This document shows positions 1 through 9,408 of a DNA stretch of 32,000 nt, piece after piece. The stretch comes from a virus. The notes beneath the pieces were generated by a model. That model was not told where the DNA came from. It saw only the letters and a program-made list of their open reading frames with translations, and did not search any database. Position numbers and translations under genes: made by a program. Location: positions 47,703 to 79,702 of the IMG/VR virus record IMGVR_UViG_3300029740_000215; one strand, written 5' to 3'. How positions within the stretch are numbered: position 1 is the stretch's first letter; each line of letters begins with the position of its first letter.

Positions 1-323
1 TTCGTTTCGTTTTTTAGCTGCCGCTGCCGTTCTGCAAGTTCTTTGCCGCGTCTGACCAGTTCCGCATATTGCTCTTCGGTCAGCTTGCGAGGCGGCTTGA
101 TTTTGACCCATTTCTTGGGCATATCTGCCTCCATACACCAGTCCTCATCCCGCGTGATTTTAACAGCATCAGGGTATTCTTTGGCAAGCTCTTTTAGCTG
201 TTCCATACGAGCTTTGTTGCAGGTGTAGTAGGATGCTTTCTTCTCTGCATCATTGAATGTGATGATGGTTTCGCGTTCCCAGGGTCCATCAGATGCCTGC
301 GTGGCCACTTTTTTATCGGGCAT
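1..323 (-). CDS. hypothetical protein, partial at window edge (MPDKKVATQASDGPWERETIITFNDAEKKAS...)
   Basis: Open frame on minus strand from ATG (cat 321-323) through position 1 without stop; missing from ORF track because no stop is inside the window. Confidence 0.75.
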   Translation of the reverse strand, partial: MPDKKVATQASDGPWERETIITFNDAEKKASYYTCNKARMEQLKELAKEYPDAVKITRDEDWCMEADMPKKWVKIKPPRKLTEEQYAELVRRGKELAERQRQLKNET

Positions 324-336
324 GATTTTTCTCACC

Positions 337-552
337 TCAATCGAATAAAATTGCCGACATAGCAGGCCCTTCGCAGATATACCCGCTCGCCTCGGCCCAT
401 TTCGGCGTCATGAGCTTGCCATTTGCTTTCACAAGCACCATCTTCCGAGCAGAGGTATTCAGGAATTCCGCCGGAGCCCAGTTATTTCGCACAACGACGA
501 CAGCATCGTCGTCCGCGTTCTCAAGCATATGCTTCAGCTCTTTTACCGTCAC
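337..552 (-). CDS. small hypothetical protein, 71 aa
   Basis: ORF packed head-to-tail with neighbours on minus strand. Confidence 0.6.
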   Translation of the reverse strand: MTVKELKHMLENADDDAVVVVRNNWAPAEFLNTSARKMVLVKANGKLMTPKWAEASGYICEGPAMSAILFD

Positions 553-556
553 CGTG

Positions 557-853
557 TCACCTCCCGTTCAACACATCATCCAGTGCCTGCAAGAAAACTC
601 TGGATTCCTCATTGATTCCGCCGCGACACAGAACTTTCGCAATATCATCAAATCCTACCAGGTACATATTTTCTTCACCCATATACCCTTGCGGCCAGGG
701 AACCGCATAGTAGTTGTGCGGAAAAGAACTTGTGTCATAGCCGACCACAATATATTTCTGGTCTGCAACATTTTTCACCGTCAGGATAGTCCCAAGCGGT
801 AACGCGTCTTTCATGGAATGAGTAGTTGCAGGCATGATTCTCTGAATTTTCAA
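557..853 (-). CDS. DUF4176-like small protein
   Basis: ORF with GGAGG-type RBS; LPLGTILTV...YIVVGY...YY..PWPQGYMGEENMYLVGFDDIAKVLCRG pattern resembles DUF4176. Confidence 0.65.
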   Translation of the reverse strand: MKIQRIMPATTHSMKDALPLGTILTVKNVADQKYIVVGYDTSSFPHNYYAVPWPQGYMGEENMYLVGFDDIAKVLCRGGINEESRVFLQALDDVLNGR

Positions 854-874
854 AACAGCACCTCCCTAATTTTC

Positions 875-902
875 ATTTTATGAGAGTCGCACATTTGTGC
901 AA
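875..902 (-). promoter_or_regulatory. promoter motif TTGCAC-16-TAAAAT with TGTGCGA in spacer
   Basis: Minus strand TTGCACAAATGTGCGACTCTCATAAAAT upstream of 557-853; matches other copies in window. Confidence 0.6.
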
Positions 903-927
903 CAAAACTAAAAAACAAAAAAGCGGC

Positions 928-957
928 CGCTCCAAAAGGAACGACCGCAAAGATACG
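928..957 (-). terminator. intrinsic terminator hairpin GCGGTCGTTCC-TTTT-GGAGCGGCCGC + T-tract
   Basis: GC-rich inverted repeat followed by TTTTTT on minus strand, downstream of CDS 967-1452. Confidence 0.65.
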
Positions 958-966
958 AGTCAGATA

Positions 967-1452
967 TTATTCATGGGAATCAGCTTTCCTGAAATCAGAA
1001 AGTTGATTCTCAGTGGAACACTGCACGAAAGGAATTCCCTTGCGCGGATTCACAAAAACGTCTGTGGTAGCAAACGCATTGCCAAAACTCATGTCACAGA
1101 AGACGACGTGAGAACTTTCGTCACCAGATGCACGGGGTGCAAAGCTGGTACATGCAAACCAATCCAATTCATCCTGCCCCTGTTCATCATAAAGATAAAT
1201 GACGGGAGCCGGAATGTTGGGCGTCGGCATAGCCAGTGAGCCAACCTGCATTTCATTGACACAGAGGTCAATGGGCGGGTTCCCGTTCTGATAATCCCAT
1301 TTGGGGTATGACTGAGCCCTGATGGTGGTGTCGCCATCATCTACCTCGATGCCAAGAGCAGCAATATCGAATGGAATACCGAGCTTTTCCTTGATTTCTT
1401 CCGGGGTGAAAGTTAGGAGCTTACCGTGTTCGCCTTGGATGTAGAGTTTCAT
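967..1452 (-). CDS. hypothetical protein, 161 aa
   Basis: Long ORF, operon-like spacing. Confidence 0.7.
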   Translation of the reverse strand: MKLYIQGEHGKLLTFTPEEIKEKLGIPFDIAALGIEVDDGDTTIRAQSYPKWDYQNGNPPIDLCVNEMQVGSLAMPTPNIPAPVIYLYDEQGQDELDWFACTSFAPRASGDESSHVVFCDMSFGNAFATTDVFVNPRKGIPFVQCSTENQLSDFRKADSHE

Positions 1453-1455
1453 GGC

Positions 1456-2028
1456 TTACTTTTCCTCCTTTTTCTTGTCGGCGTTCAGAATCTTTTCCAG
1501 AACGTCGTTATAAAAATCGTCAAGGAACAGACCGGTTTCTTCATCCGCTTCCGGAGCAGTGAAAACACCGTCTCCTTCAGCTGAATCCTGTACAGCGTCG
1601 AAGACACCGATTGCGCCCCAAAGCTCATCGGCCAGATGGTCATAGCCGAGGTCCTTTACTTTTGCCGAGAGGTCAATCAGCAGCATTTTCTGCCGAAAGA
1701 ACTTGTTCATATCCAGGCCAATGTAGGGTTTTGCTGCGGTATTGCTTTTCTGAGACTTTACTTTGAAAATACCCCAGTCAAAATTGCTGTCTGCGCCGTA
1801 CATATACCCGGATGCGAGGCAGAAGCCTTCAGCAGCACTGTCCTCAACGTTGATACCGACTTCATAATCGCTGCCGGAATCTTCATCCAGGTTAATCGCA
1901 GAGCCTGTTGCCTTTTCGTACTCTGCCTCAATGTCAGCTTTCATGGCTGCCAGCAGGGCGTTGAAATCGGTGTTCTGGGAAAGCAGATTCATGTTTTCGC
2001 CTTCCTGGTTTTTAATGAGAATGTACAT
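1456..2028 (-). CDS. hypothetical acidic protein, 190 aa (likely start MNLLSQNTDF internal)
   Basis: Long ORF, operon-like spacing. Confidence 0.7.
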   Translation of the reverse strand: MYILIKNQEGENMNLLSQNTDFNALLAAMKADIEAEYEKATGSAINLDEDSGSDYEVGINVEDSAAEGFCLASGYMYGADSNFDWGIFKVKSQKSNTAAKPYIGLDMNKFFRQKMLLIDLSAKVKDLGYDHLADELWGAIGVFDAVQDSAEGDGVFTAPEADEETGLFLDDFYNDVLEKILNADKKKEEK

Positions 2029-2047
2029 AGTATTTACCTCCTGACAA

Positions 2048-2287
2048 TCAAATCATGCTATCAGACAATTTGTCGATAGCTGCCGTGATGGCTTCGTTTT
2101 CCATCTGAGTAATACGCTCAAACAGATGAGACCAGTCGATGGCATCATAGACACGCTTGACAAACGCATCATAGGTGCCACCGGCCTTCATCATTTCAAT
2201 TTCAGACTCATAGCAGCCGGACTCCTCAAGTATGAACTTGATATCGTCGGTTGGGTTTAACTCGATGGTTGGTACAGTTTTGTTCAT
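2048..2287 (-). CDS. hypothetical protein, 79 aa
   Basis: ORF with AAAGGAG RBS upstream. Confidence 0.65.
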   Translation of the reverse strand: MNKTVPTIELNPTDDIKFILEESGCYESEIEMMKAGGTYDAFVKRVYDAIDWSHLFERITQMENEAITAAIDKLSDSMI

Positions 2288-2323
2288 GATACAAACTCCT
2301 TTTGCGTTTTGGACGCAAAAAGA

Positions 2324-2351
2324 GCGGGCCTCTCAGAATTGAGAAGTCCGC
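2324..2351 (-). promoter_or_regulatory. leader hairpin (terminator-like) between promoter and start codon
   Basis: GCGGACTTCTCAATTCTGAGAGGCCCGC then CTCTTTTT on minus strand, 37 nt before ATG. Confidence 0.6.
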
Positions 2352-2428
2352 CCTTTAAGCGAAATTGTAAATTGTACGAAAGGCATGAAGCCTATTCGAT
2401 TTGGAATGATATCTATCGTACAATTACT

Positions 2429-2456
2429 ATTCTATGCCGTTCGCACATTTTGGCAA
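2429..2456 (-). promoter_or_regulatory. promoter motif TTGCCA-16-TAGAAT
   Basis: Minus strand TTGCCAAAATGTGCGAACGGCATAGAAT. Confidence 0.65.
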
Positions 2457-2572
2457 GTAAAAAAATACCGCCTACCTTGCGGTAAGCGGCTATAATTAGT
2501 ATTTGCAGTTTTGGATTTCAGAAGGTTGAGAAAACCTCATCCGCCGTCTGTGCGATAATTTTTTGCAGTTGT

Positions 2573-3274
2573 TTACTTAACCAAAAGGTCAATTGCGATG
2601 TAGTTTTCCGGATGTTTGCTGATGTCATCCTGAATTTCTCGGTTAGGGAACGTTTGCATATATCCGTCCTTGAACCCAACCGCAAAACTCTCCAAAGAAA
2701 ATTCTCCTGCCAGAATGTCCATGGCGGAAGAAAGGAGCAACGTCGAGCCTTTTCCATAAAGATTCTGCATCATATCCAGTGTCAGCGTATGAGAATCCGC
2801 ACCCGCAAGGCAAATGAGATTCCAAGCTGTATTCATCTGCATTTCGTCAATACGAGCAGCGAAGTCCCTCATCTTTTTCGTCTCAAAAGCACCAAAGATG
2901 ATAGTATTTTCGTCGCTCATATCAGGACTGCCGGTGTCGCTGATGTAGTAGGAATCAGGAAGAGTTTCGGCATTATTGATTGTGTCGCCGATTTCAGTAG
3001 CGAGAATGGCGTAGAGTTCTTCCTTGATGATAAGGTATCGCTCATTGTGCAGGACCTCCATCATGCCATTTTCAGAGGAAATCTTTTTACAGATTTTTTC
3101 TGTCATGTGTTCAGGAACCGCGTCCGCAATAAAATCCACGATATTTGCTTTCAGGCGTTCATTGTGAGGAACGTCTTCTGCAATTTTTTTGGCAACACGA
3201 TACATGCAATCCTGAACATCACTGCCAGAAACCTCATCGAAATTGAAAACGAATTTAATGTAACTTCCGCTCAT
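2573..3274 (-). CDS. hypothetical protein (start MSGSYIKFVFNFDEVS)
   Basis: Long ORF; upstream part of the ORF-track call looks non-coding. Confidence 0.65.
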   Translation of the reverse strand: MSGSYIKFVFNFDEVSGSDVQDCMYRVAKKIAEDVPHNERLKANIVDFIADAVPEHMTEKICKKISSENGMMEVLHNERYLIIKEELYAILATEIGDTINNAETLPDSYYISDTGSPDMSDENTIIFGAFETKKMRDFAARIDEMQMNTAWNLICLAGADSHTLTLDMMQNLYGKGSTLLLSSAMDILAGEFSLESFAVGFKDGYMQTFPNREIQDDISKHPENYIAIDLLVK

Positions 3275-3445
3275 TATTTTCCCGTGTCGTGGGATATTCG
3301 TGCGACTCTTGAGACAATCTCCATCGCGTTTTTGCAAACAAAAGAGCAGACCCATCGGAATGATGAATCTGCTTATTGCTTTACAGGTTGTGAATTGTAC
3401 AGCAACAAATGTCGCTGAATGAATGATATCTATCATGCAACTATT

Positions 3446-3473
3446 ATTCTATTCCGTTCGCACGTTTTAGCAA
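3446..3473 (-). promoter_or_regulatory. promoter motif TTGCTA-16-TAGAAT
   Basis: Minus strand TTGCTAAAACGTGCGAACGGAATAGAAT. Confidence 0.65.
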
Positions 3474-3569
3474 GAAGAATCATCGCTTGTTTGCGTAGGC
3501 AATAGCAAAATTGCATGTCATCTATCGTACAATAACAACGGCTGATTTGCACAGGAAAAGCATACAAAA

Positions 3570-3597
3570 AAGGGCTTCCCTAAAAAAGGAAGCCCCT
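3570..3597 (-). terminator. intrinsic terminator GGGGCTTCC-TTTTTTA-GGGAAGCCC
   Basis: Strong inverted repeat with T-tract. Confidence 0.6.
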
Positions 3598-3616
3598 TGA
3601 ATGTAATTGGTGATAT

Positions 3617-3901
3617 TCAGACGGTTGCGCAAAACTCCGCAAGGCGCTGCCACAACAAGTAGTTGTCGTAGCTCATACGCACCTTTTCCGGCACACCCGT
3701 GACGAGATACCACTTGTGGGCGATGGATTTGATGTGAGAAATACGCTGCTGCTCACGGCGGGTGAACGTCTGACTATACAGTCTGCGACGGCAACCACTA
3801 TTCCAGCGAGAGCCTTCCATCGTTTCGCAAATCAGAGCGTACGCCAAATAACTTTGGGCTTCTTCGTGAGTCAATGTAACCATCGTTTTCATGGCTGTCA
3901 C
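3617..3901 (-). CDS. hypothetical protein, 94 aa
   Basis: ORF overlapping the upstream gene stop, operon-like. Confidence 0.65.
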   Translation of the reverse strand: MTAMKTMVTLTHEEAQSYLAYALICETMEGSRWNSGCRRRLYSQTFTRREQQRISHIKSIAHKWYLVTGVPEKVRMSYDNYLLWQRLAEFCATV

Positions 3902-4473
3902 CCTGCCTTTCTCTCATTGCGAGCCATATGCAGCGCATAATCAAGCGCGTCAGGGTCATCGGCCAAGAATTTCGTTTTCTGAAGTGTACCAAGCTTGGGA
4001 TGCTTCAGAATCGTATAGTTGCCATTGTTCTGGACAAGGGAACCTTTATCATAGACGAGCTCGACCTTTTCGGCAGGTACTGCGTAACGGCGAATGCGGT
4101 CACATTCATCCGCATAGTTGATGGGAGTGATATAGCCAACTGGCTTTTGTCCTTCCATCCCTGTCACGGTGACCAGAAAAGCCTTAATGGTCCGGGCTTC
4201 TTCCTCTTCCTGCTCATCATAGTATTTGAACGTGATGAACATAGGAGTATCTTTCTTGTACGCATCTTCCTCAGGGCAGAGATACGTTCCACAAGAGCGG
4301 CAGAACCAGAGCATCGATACGGGCTTTCCAGTTTCCTGCGCTTCTTTTGCATAGCGCTTAAAAATCTTTATGTCCAGCTTGAAATCCTCGGTGTAATGCT
4401 CAACCGTGCTTTTCACGATGAGTTTCAGGAAATCACAGATGGAAATAGCGGTCATAGTCATATTGGAAGTCAT
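3898..4473 (-). CDS. hypothetical protein with short Cys pair (CRSCG)
   Basis: Long ORF. Confidence 0.7.
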   Translation of the reverse strand: MTSNMTMTAISICDFLKLIVKSTVEHYTEDFKLDIKIFKRYAKEAQETGKPVSMLWFCRSCGTYLCPEEDAYKKDTPMFITFKYYDEQEEEEARTIKAFLVTVTGMEGQKPVGYITPINYADECDRIRRYAVPAEKVELVYDKGSLVQNNGNYTILKHPKLGTLQKTKFLADDPDALDYALHMARNERKAG

Positions 4474-4488
4474 AATAAAATCTCCTTT

Positions 4489-5508
4489 TTAGTCAACCAT
4501 AACTTTAGAAATATTCATGTCATAGCGGTTGAATTTAGAAATATAGTCAAAAATGGTATTTACTTGAGCTTTTGTTGCGGTTTTGGTCTCATCCATATCG
4601 AGGAATGTATTGCCCATCGAAGGATTACGAATGGCAATCCAACCGCGTTTATATAGGAAATCGAGACCCTTGCCGCTCCAGTCATACGCCATATTGAGAA
4701 CTTCATGGTCAGAAAGACCAAACGTTTCTCGATTGCGCATGATGATGCGGCCAGCCAGGGCAGCGTGCTCGCCAAACTCGCAGGCATACCAGGTGCCATC
4801 GGGAGCAATCAGACCATATTCGGTCAGCTGATGCTGAATGGGTCTATCACTGATATAGCTGTTGTACAGTCGCTGACGGCGTTCAACGGATGTGCCTTTC
4901 ATGTTTGCTTCAATCCAAGAGGCAAGCTTGGTCCAAAAATCGGTTTTGTAGAATTCCGGGTTGGATTCCTGCTCAGGAAGCGGTTCGCCGTTGAATTCTG
5001 CCACAAGGTCAGGACGGTTGAGCAGCCACGCACCATTGTTAAAGGCATCGGGGTAACCCGCATCGCCAATAACATAGTCCTTGATGCTGTCATAGCTATA
5101 ATCGATATAATGACGCTCTACATCCTTACAAAGCGTATCATAATCGAATGACATAGCGAAACGGTCGATGTACTTGAGTGGATGCACAATCATATCCTCA
5201 CGAATCTGACTGACCAGCATCTTGTGTTGAAGCTCCTCAACCTTCTGCCCGAGGGAACGAACACGAACATTGTCATCGACAAGTTTAAACTCATTGATAC
5301 CAACAAGTTTTTTCCGGCCTTCGATAATGTCCTGGCAAACATGCCTTTTTTCTTCCTCGTTGCCACCCATCATGCAGGAGAGCAGCAGCTCCTCACACTT
5401 TTTATACGGCTTGTCCATATTCCAGAACCAGTCACGTGCAATGGCGGTGAGGAACTCACCATCCATACTGAAATGTAGTTGTTCACCCATGTTGGGTAAC
5501 CTCCTCAA
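4489..5508 (-). CDS. hypothetical protein, 339 aa
   Basis: Long ORF, operon-like. Confidence 0.75.
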   Translation of the reverse strand: MRRLPNMGEQLHFSMDGEFLTAIARDWFWNMDKPYKKCEELLLSCMMGGNEEEKRHVCQDIIEGRKKLVGINEFKLVDDNVRVRSLGQKVEELQHKMLVSQIREDMIVHPLKYIDRFAMSFDYDTLCKDVERHYIDYSYDSIKDYVIGDAGYPDAFNNGAWLLNRPDLVAEFNGEPLPEQESNPEFYKTDFWTKLASWIEANMKGTSVERRQRLYNSYISDRPIQHQLTEYGLIAPDGTWYACEFGEHAALAGRIIMRNRETFGLSDHEVLNMAYDWSGKGLDFLYKRGWIAIRNPSMGNTFLDMDETKTATKAQVNTIFDYISKFNRYDMNISKVMVD

Positions 5509-5511
5509 TTG

Positions 5512-6039
5512 TTATGTGTTGTTCTCGACAAAGTCTTCGCATTCCTCGCTGGTCAAAACCACGCCAAAATAGGCAACACGCTTGACGGTGGTTTCCCACA
5601 CGCGAACGGTGCGTGCCATTGGCTGAACGACCCAGGAATGACAGCGCCAGAGCCCGTCTTCGGAAAGAGCATACCCCGTTGCAATAAAGCACCGGTCTTT
5701 GTTTTTATACCAAAGCCGTGCAGAATTGTAATGGCACTGGCAATCCTGGCCTTTCCTCATATAGCTGCTGCCATAAAAGAACCGACCGCGTTTGAGGATT
5801 TTTGGGGCGTCTTCGTCAAATTCCGTCATGCAGACTTCATCCCCGCCAAATGTGAGGATTTTGTCATGCAGCTTCTTCATAGCATCGAGCGTTTGAGTAT
5901 CGAAACCAGAAGAGGTGTTGTAAATCTGGCTTTTGGTAAGCCGCATTTTCCAATCCTCGTTCATTGGGTTCCAATGAATCGGCGCAGGCATCTGGTTTGC
6001 GGTGAGAATGGGGTGCTTAGAACTATTCCAGCCTTTCAT
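5512..6039 (-). CDS. hypothetical protein, 175 aa
   Basis: Long ORF, start/stop contact with neighbours. Confidence 0.7.
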   Translation of the reverse strand: MKGWNSSKHPILTANQMPAPIHWNPMNEDWKMRLTKSQIYNTSSGFDTQTLDAMKKLHDKILTFGGDEVCMTEFDEDAPKILKRGRFFYGSSYMRKGQDCQCHYNSARLWYKNKDRCFIATGYALSEDGLWRCHSWVVQPMARTVRVWETTVKRVAYFGVVLTSEECEDFVENNT

Positions 6040-6620
6040 TACAATTTCTCCCTGATAGAACGCAGACAGCTCAGGATTTTTGCATACAAACGGTAACGAT
6101 TTTCGCCGCTCGGTACAAAGTCACCAAGTTTTTTAGAAATGAGAAGTTTATCAAATACCTCCATAATATCAAAGACGGTGAACAGCTTGTATTGTGCATT
6201 TATATGATTCACACGGAACTCGACATCTTCGACAAGATGCCAATATTCCATGCCATACAACATCGCGCCGCTTTCGTTTGCTTTTCGGTCTTGCTCCTCG
6301 TCTGCATCGTCACACACAATATAGACACCGTTTTCGTCGAGATAGTTTTCGAAGACGTCGCAGATATCGGAGGCAACAGAACGGATATCGGAATTTGCCT
6401 TCACCTCAGGTTCAGGCTGGGCGGCTTCAACTTTGTACTCGATACTGTCGTGACGAAGTGACTCTTCGATGCCATCAAAAACGATGTCCGCGCAGTCGTT
6501 ATCATCCCGACACGCTTCGAAAATGTTTTTGACGGATTCGATTGCCTCTTTGGAATCGGAGTTTCCCTCAACAGAGAACTCCAAAGGAACCAAGGCAACA
6601 ACTTTGTATTTATTCTTCAT
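6039..6620 (-). CDS. hypothetical protein, 193 aa
   Basis: Long ORF. Confidence 0.7.
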   Translation of the reverse strand: MKNKYKVVALVPLEFSVEGNSDSKEAIESVKNIFEACRDDNDCADIVFDGIEESLRHDSIEYKVEAAQPEPEVKANSDIRSVASDICDVFENYLDENGVYIVCDDADEEQDRKANESGAMLYGMEYWHLVEDVEFRVNHINAQYKLFTVFDIMEVFDKLLISKKLGDFVPSGENRYRLYAKILSCLRSIREKL

Positions 6621-6635
6621 GATTTTTTCTCCTTA

Positions 6636-6803
6636 GTTTAACAGGATGCCGCAGCATTTGTTTAAGGTAAGTGCGCTTGCAGTGAGAGCAGCAACCTTCT
6701 CAAAGGTAATGCTCTCCGCAATTGCGCAGACGCTCATAACAATGAGCAGAACAGCTGCCACAGCAGATACTATTACTATCTGACTCTTGATGCCGGTTTT
6801 CAT
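6636..6803 (-). CDS. small membrane/secreted protein, 55 aa (MKTGIKSQIVIVSAVAAVLLIVMSVCAIAESITFEK...)
   Basis: Read by eye; below the ORF-track cut-off; hydrophobic N-terminal segment. Confidence 0.5.
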
Positions 6804-6830
6804 GAGTTTTTTCTCTTTCTGTTTATGCCC

Positions 6831-7166
6831 TTATCGGAGCATATCAATGATTTTCCCAACCAACTCATCATTGGTCACGAACTGATTACGTCCTTTTGCG
6901 CCGAGCGATACAGAGGAGTAATCTTTCATACTGGCGGCATAGCGAACCATGTTCTTGTCAGACAAGGGCTGATAGCAACTCTTTTCAGTGCTGACGTAAA
7001 CGCACTTATTGTTGAGAACGTTCTGAATGTGGCCAGAGCAGCCAACACGCTTACCGTTGATGATGATGTTGTGTAGGTTATGGGTTAGCATAAGGTCTTT
7101 GCTTTCGGTTTCTTTTACCTTTAACTGGTTCAAGAGTTTTCGGGACAGATAAACGGTTGCTTTCAT
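6831..7166 (-). CDS. hypothetical protein, 111 aa
   Basis: ORF with AGGAGG upstream. Confidence 0.7.
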   Translation of the reverse strand: MKATVYLSRKLLNQLKVKETESKDLMLTHNLHNIIINGKRVGCSGHIQNVLNNKCVYVSTEKSCYQPLSDKNMVRYAASMKDYSSVSLGAKGRNQFVTNDELVGKIIDMLR

Positions 7167-7183
7167 TGTGACTTCCTCCTAAT

Positions 7184-8011
7184 TCAAATGAAGTATTTGT
7201 AAGCGGCAGTTAAGCGTTTGCGGTACAGGTCTAACGTGGTCAGCCCTCCTGCATAGACTTTGCGGGAAGAGATTATCACGTTGGTTCCTGCTTCCATATG
7301 GGAGAAGAACATCGAAAGGCAATCTTCCAGGCTGTCGCTTGTAGTGAGAGTTTCGTACACCGGATATGAGTATTTGGCGGCCTTGCTGTATGTGCTATTG
7401 AGCTCATACACGAAGAACATCACCTGTCCCGTAACGGTGTTGGGGTCATAGCCATTGCCATAACACCAGTTGAAAAGGTCTGTCTTTCGGCTATAAGTCC
7501 ATTGCAGGAGTCCATAGCCGCCATCCGAAGGGTTTTCGGCCGAGGCTTTTAGACCGCTTTCCATCGACATGCAGCCCATCACTGCGGCAGTACCGGCCTT
7601 TGAAAGGCCAGCGGACCGCAGAGCTGTGTAGATTTCAAGCTCATTGTCGTTGAGATTATCTGGGATTGTTTCGGGTTTCGGTTTGGCTTCTTCGATGGCT
7701 GCTTCTGCGGTCTCAATCCGTGGTTCCGGTTCTGCAGCATCGGAAGATTCGACCTCAGCAGTTATAATTTCCTCCTGCGCTTCTTCGGAAGTTTCCGTTA
7801 TCGGGAACGCTTTATCGAGCTCATTCACCGTTTCAATGGGAGTGGAAAAAGCGATAGGTTCGGTTTTGGGAGCTATGTTTTCCTCTGCGTGTGCAGGAAC
7901 AGAAAGCATAAAACCCATGCAGGCGATGATGGTAAAAATACACATCACCGCGACGACAACCAGGACATGCTTGTTCCGAAAAATGCTGTTATTATTCTTT
8001 TCGACTTTCAT
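7184..8011 (-). CDS. secreted phage tail-lysozyme-like protein with N-terminal transmembrane/signal segment
   Basis: TAAVMGCMSMESGLKASAENPSDGGYGLLQWT pattern typical of phage tail lysozyme domain; VLVVVAVMCIFTIIACMGFMLSVPAHAE segment. Confidence 0.8.
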   Translation of the reverse strand: MKVEKNNNSIFRNKHVLVVVAVMCIFTIIACMGFMLSVPAHAEENIAPKTEPIAFSTPIETVNELDKAFPITETSEEAQEEIITAEVESSDAAEPEPRIETAEAAIEEAKPKPETIPDNLNDNELEIYTALRSAGLSKAGTAAVMGCMSMESGLKASAENPSDGGYGLLQWTYSRKTDLFNWCYGNGYDPNTVTGQVMFFVYELNSTYSKAAKYSYPVYETLTTSDSLEDCLSMFFSHMEAGTNVIISSRKVYAGGLTTLDLYRKRLTAAYKYFI

Positions 8012-8110
8012 TTTGTGACTCCTTTTTTGTGTCTTTTCCTTGTAGCGGAAGATTGTGATTAGAGATTTGTGGTTTGTTTTGAATTCCTCCTTTTTCTGTA
8101 AACAAAAAAA

Positions 8111-8140
8111 GGCAGGCCCATCATGAAGATGAGTCTGCCT
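8111..8140 (-). promoter_or_regulatory. leader hairpin GCAGACTC...GGGCCTGCC + T-tract
   Basis: Inverted repeat followed by TTTTTTT, then AAAGGAGG, on minus strand. Confidence 0.5.
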
Positions 8141-8213
8141 TGAATGAGAACAGAATTATGAATTGTACGAGCACGCGGTGTGCAAAGTAGATGTTATCTG
8201 TCGTACAACTTTA

Positions 8214-8241
8214 ATACTATGGAATTCGCAAGGATGTGCAA
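8214..8241 (-). promoter_or_regulatory. promoter motif TTGCAC-16-TAGTAT
   Basis: Minus strand TTGCACATCCTTGCGAATTCCATAGTAT. Confidence 0.55.
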
Positions 8242-8263
8242 GAGCTTTTGATGTGCTTCTTTT

Positions 8264-8803
8264 TCAGGCTTCGTTAAGCCATTTCTGAGTGATATCCATG
8301 ATTTGATTCTGAAATTCCGGGTCCGGCAAGGTTTTGCTGTCTGCCCAAATTGAGTTACGGACGATTGGGTAATTGTATACAACGCCGTCAACGATATAGG
8401 GCCAAAGCACCACTTCGCCGCCCACAAGCCAAAGTTTCTGGATTTTGACGGGTTTCTCGTATCTTGTGAGCCAGCATTCACTGGTCACGACAGAATCCGC
8501 CACATATTTCTGTGTTTCTTCCTCGGTCAAGAGATTCGGGTCTTCGTCCTTGATGTTGTACATTCGGACAATGAACGGTAACGGCATGTCCTTGGAGTAT
8601 TTTTTGTTCTGACGCAGCTCAGCGAGCAGGAATTTTGAGACAAAATGCGCAATGCCGATGCTGGTCAGGCAGTCGTCAAGGGTATGCCCAAGACAAATTC
8701 TTGGGATTTCCTGGTCCTCCCCTTTCATCCGATTCGTTGGTATCTGCGGAACAACATCGTCCGGCAGGCATCCGGTGTCTGCCATGATATGATAAAGAAT
8801 CAT
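8264..8803 (-). CDS. hypothetical protein, 179 aa
   Basis: Long ORF with AGGAGGAAAC RBS. Confidence 0.7.
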   Translation of the reverse strand: MILYHIMADTGCLPDDVVPQIPTNRMKGEDQEIPRICLGHTLDDCLTSIGIAHFVSKFLLAELRQNKKYSKDMPLPFIVRMYNIKDEDPNLLTEEETQKYVADSVVTSECWLTRYEKPVKIQKLWLVGGEVVLWPYIVDGVVYNYPIVRNSIWADSKTLPDPEFQNQIMDITQKWLNEA

Positions 8804-8832
8804 TGATGTTTCCTCCTGAAATAAAAAAAATA

Positions 8833-8859
8833 GCAGGCCCTCAAGAATCGAGAGTCTGC
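8833..8859 (-). promoter_or_regulatory. leader hairpin GCAGACTCTCGATTCTTGAGGGCCTGC + T8
   Basis: Inverted repeat and T-tract immediately upstream of the RBS of 8264-8803. Confidence 0.6.
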
Positions 8860-8937
8860 GTTGTTCGCACGATTTATTCTATCGTGCAGTAGATGTTTTG
8901 CTTGGTCCGCACACGCAGACAGCCCAACAGGCATCGT

Positions 8938-9405
8938 TCAGAACGTCTTGTCGTCAGGAACTAGCAGATACATCCAGGACTGTGGTGCTCGCTTAACGCC
9001 GAGCTCTCGCAGCGACATATCCATAGATTGGACATCAGAAACGTTCCAGCAATAAAGAGTGCCGGACTTATTGCCGTATGCAATCAGCTCATTTGCGGTA
9101 AGGCAGCTGTCCTTCACGAATTGAGCGGTCTTTGCGGTCACTTCCGTACCAATAGCATATGCCGGAAGCTCACGCAGGCAATCGAGTGTATTGATGTCAC
9201 GGCAAACAAATGCGGCAGTCACTTTTCCAGCACCACCGTTAGCTTTGGTTTCGTAGCAAAATACTACAAAAGGATAGCTAATTTCCCACGGCATAGTTTT
9301 TCGGACCTCAATAGTCTTTTCTCCGCTCAGAATTTTTTCAAGCCATTGCTTCTTGATGCTGAGAAGAACGGCTTTATTCGAGTTAATTTCAAGGGCTTTA
9401 TTCAT
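8938..9405 (-). CDS. ASCH-domain-like protein
   Basis: LSIKKQWLEKILSGEKTIEVRKTMP motif typical of phage ASCH proteins. Confidence 0.75.
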   Translation of the reverse strand: MNKALEINSNKAVLLSIKKQWLEKILSGEKTIEVRKTMPWEISYPFVVFCYETKANGGAGKVTAAFVCRDINTLDCLRELPAYAIGTEVTAKTAQFVKDSCLTANELIAYGNKSGTLYCWNVSDVQSMDMSLRELGVKRAPQSWMYLLVPDDKTF

Positions 9406-9408
9406 ATG

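Noticed and set aside
2612-3418. Plus-strand ORF of 268 aa
   Set aside because: Antisense to CDS 2573-3274, no RBS, composition typical of mirror frames.
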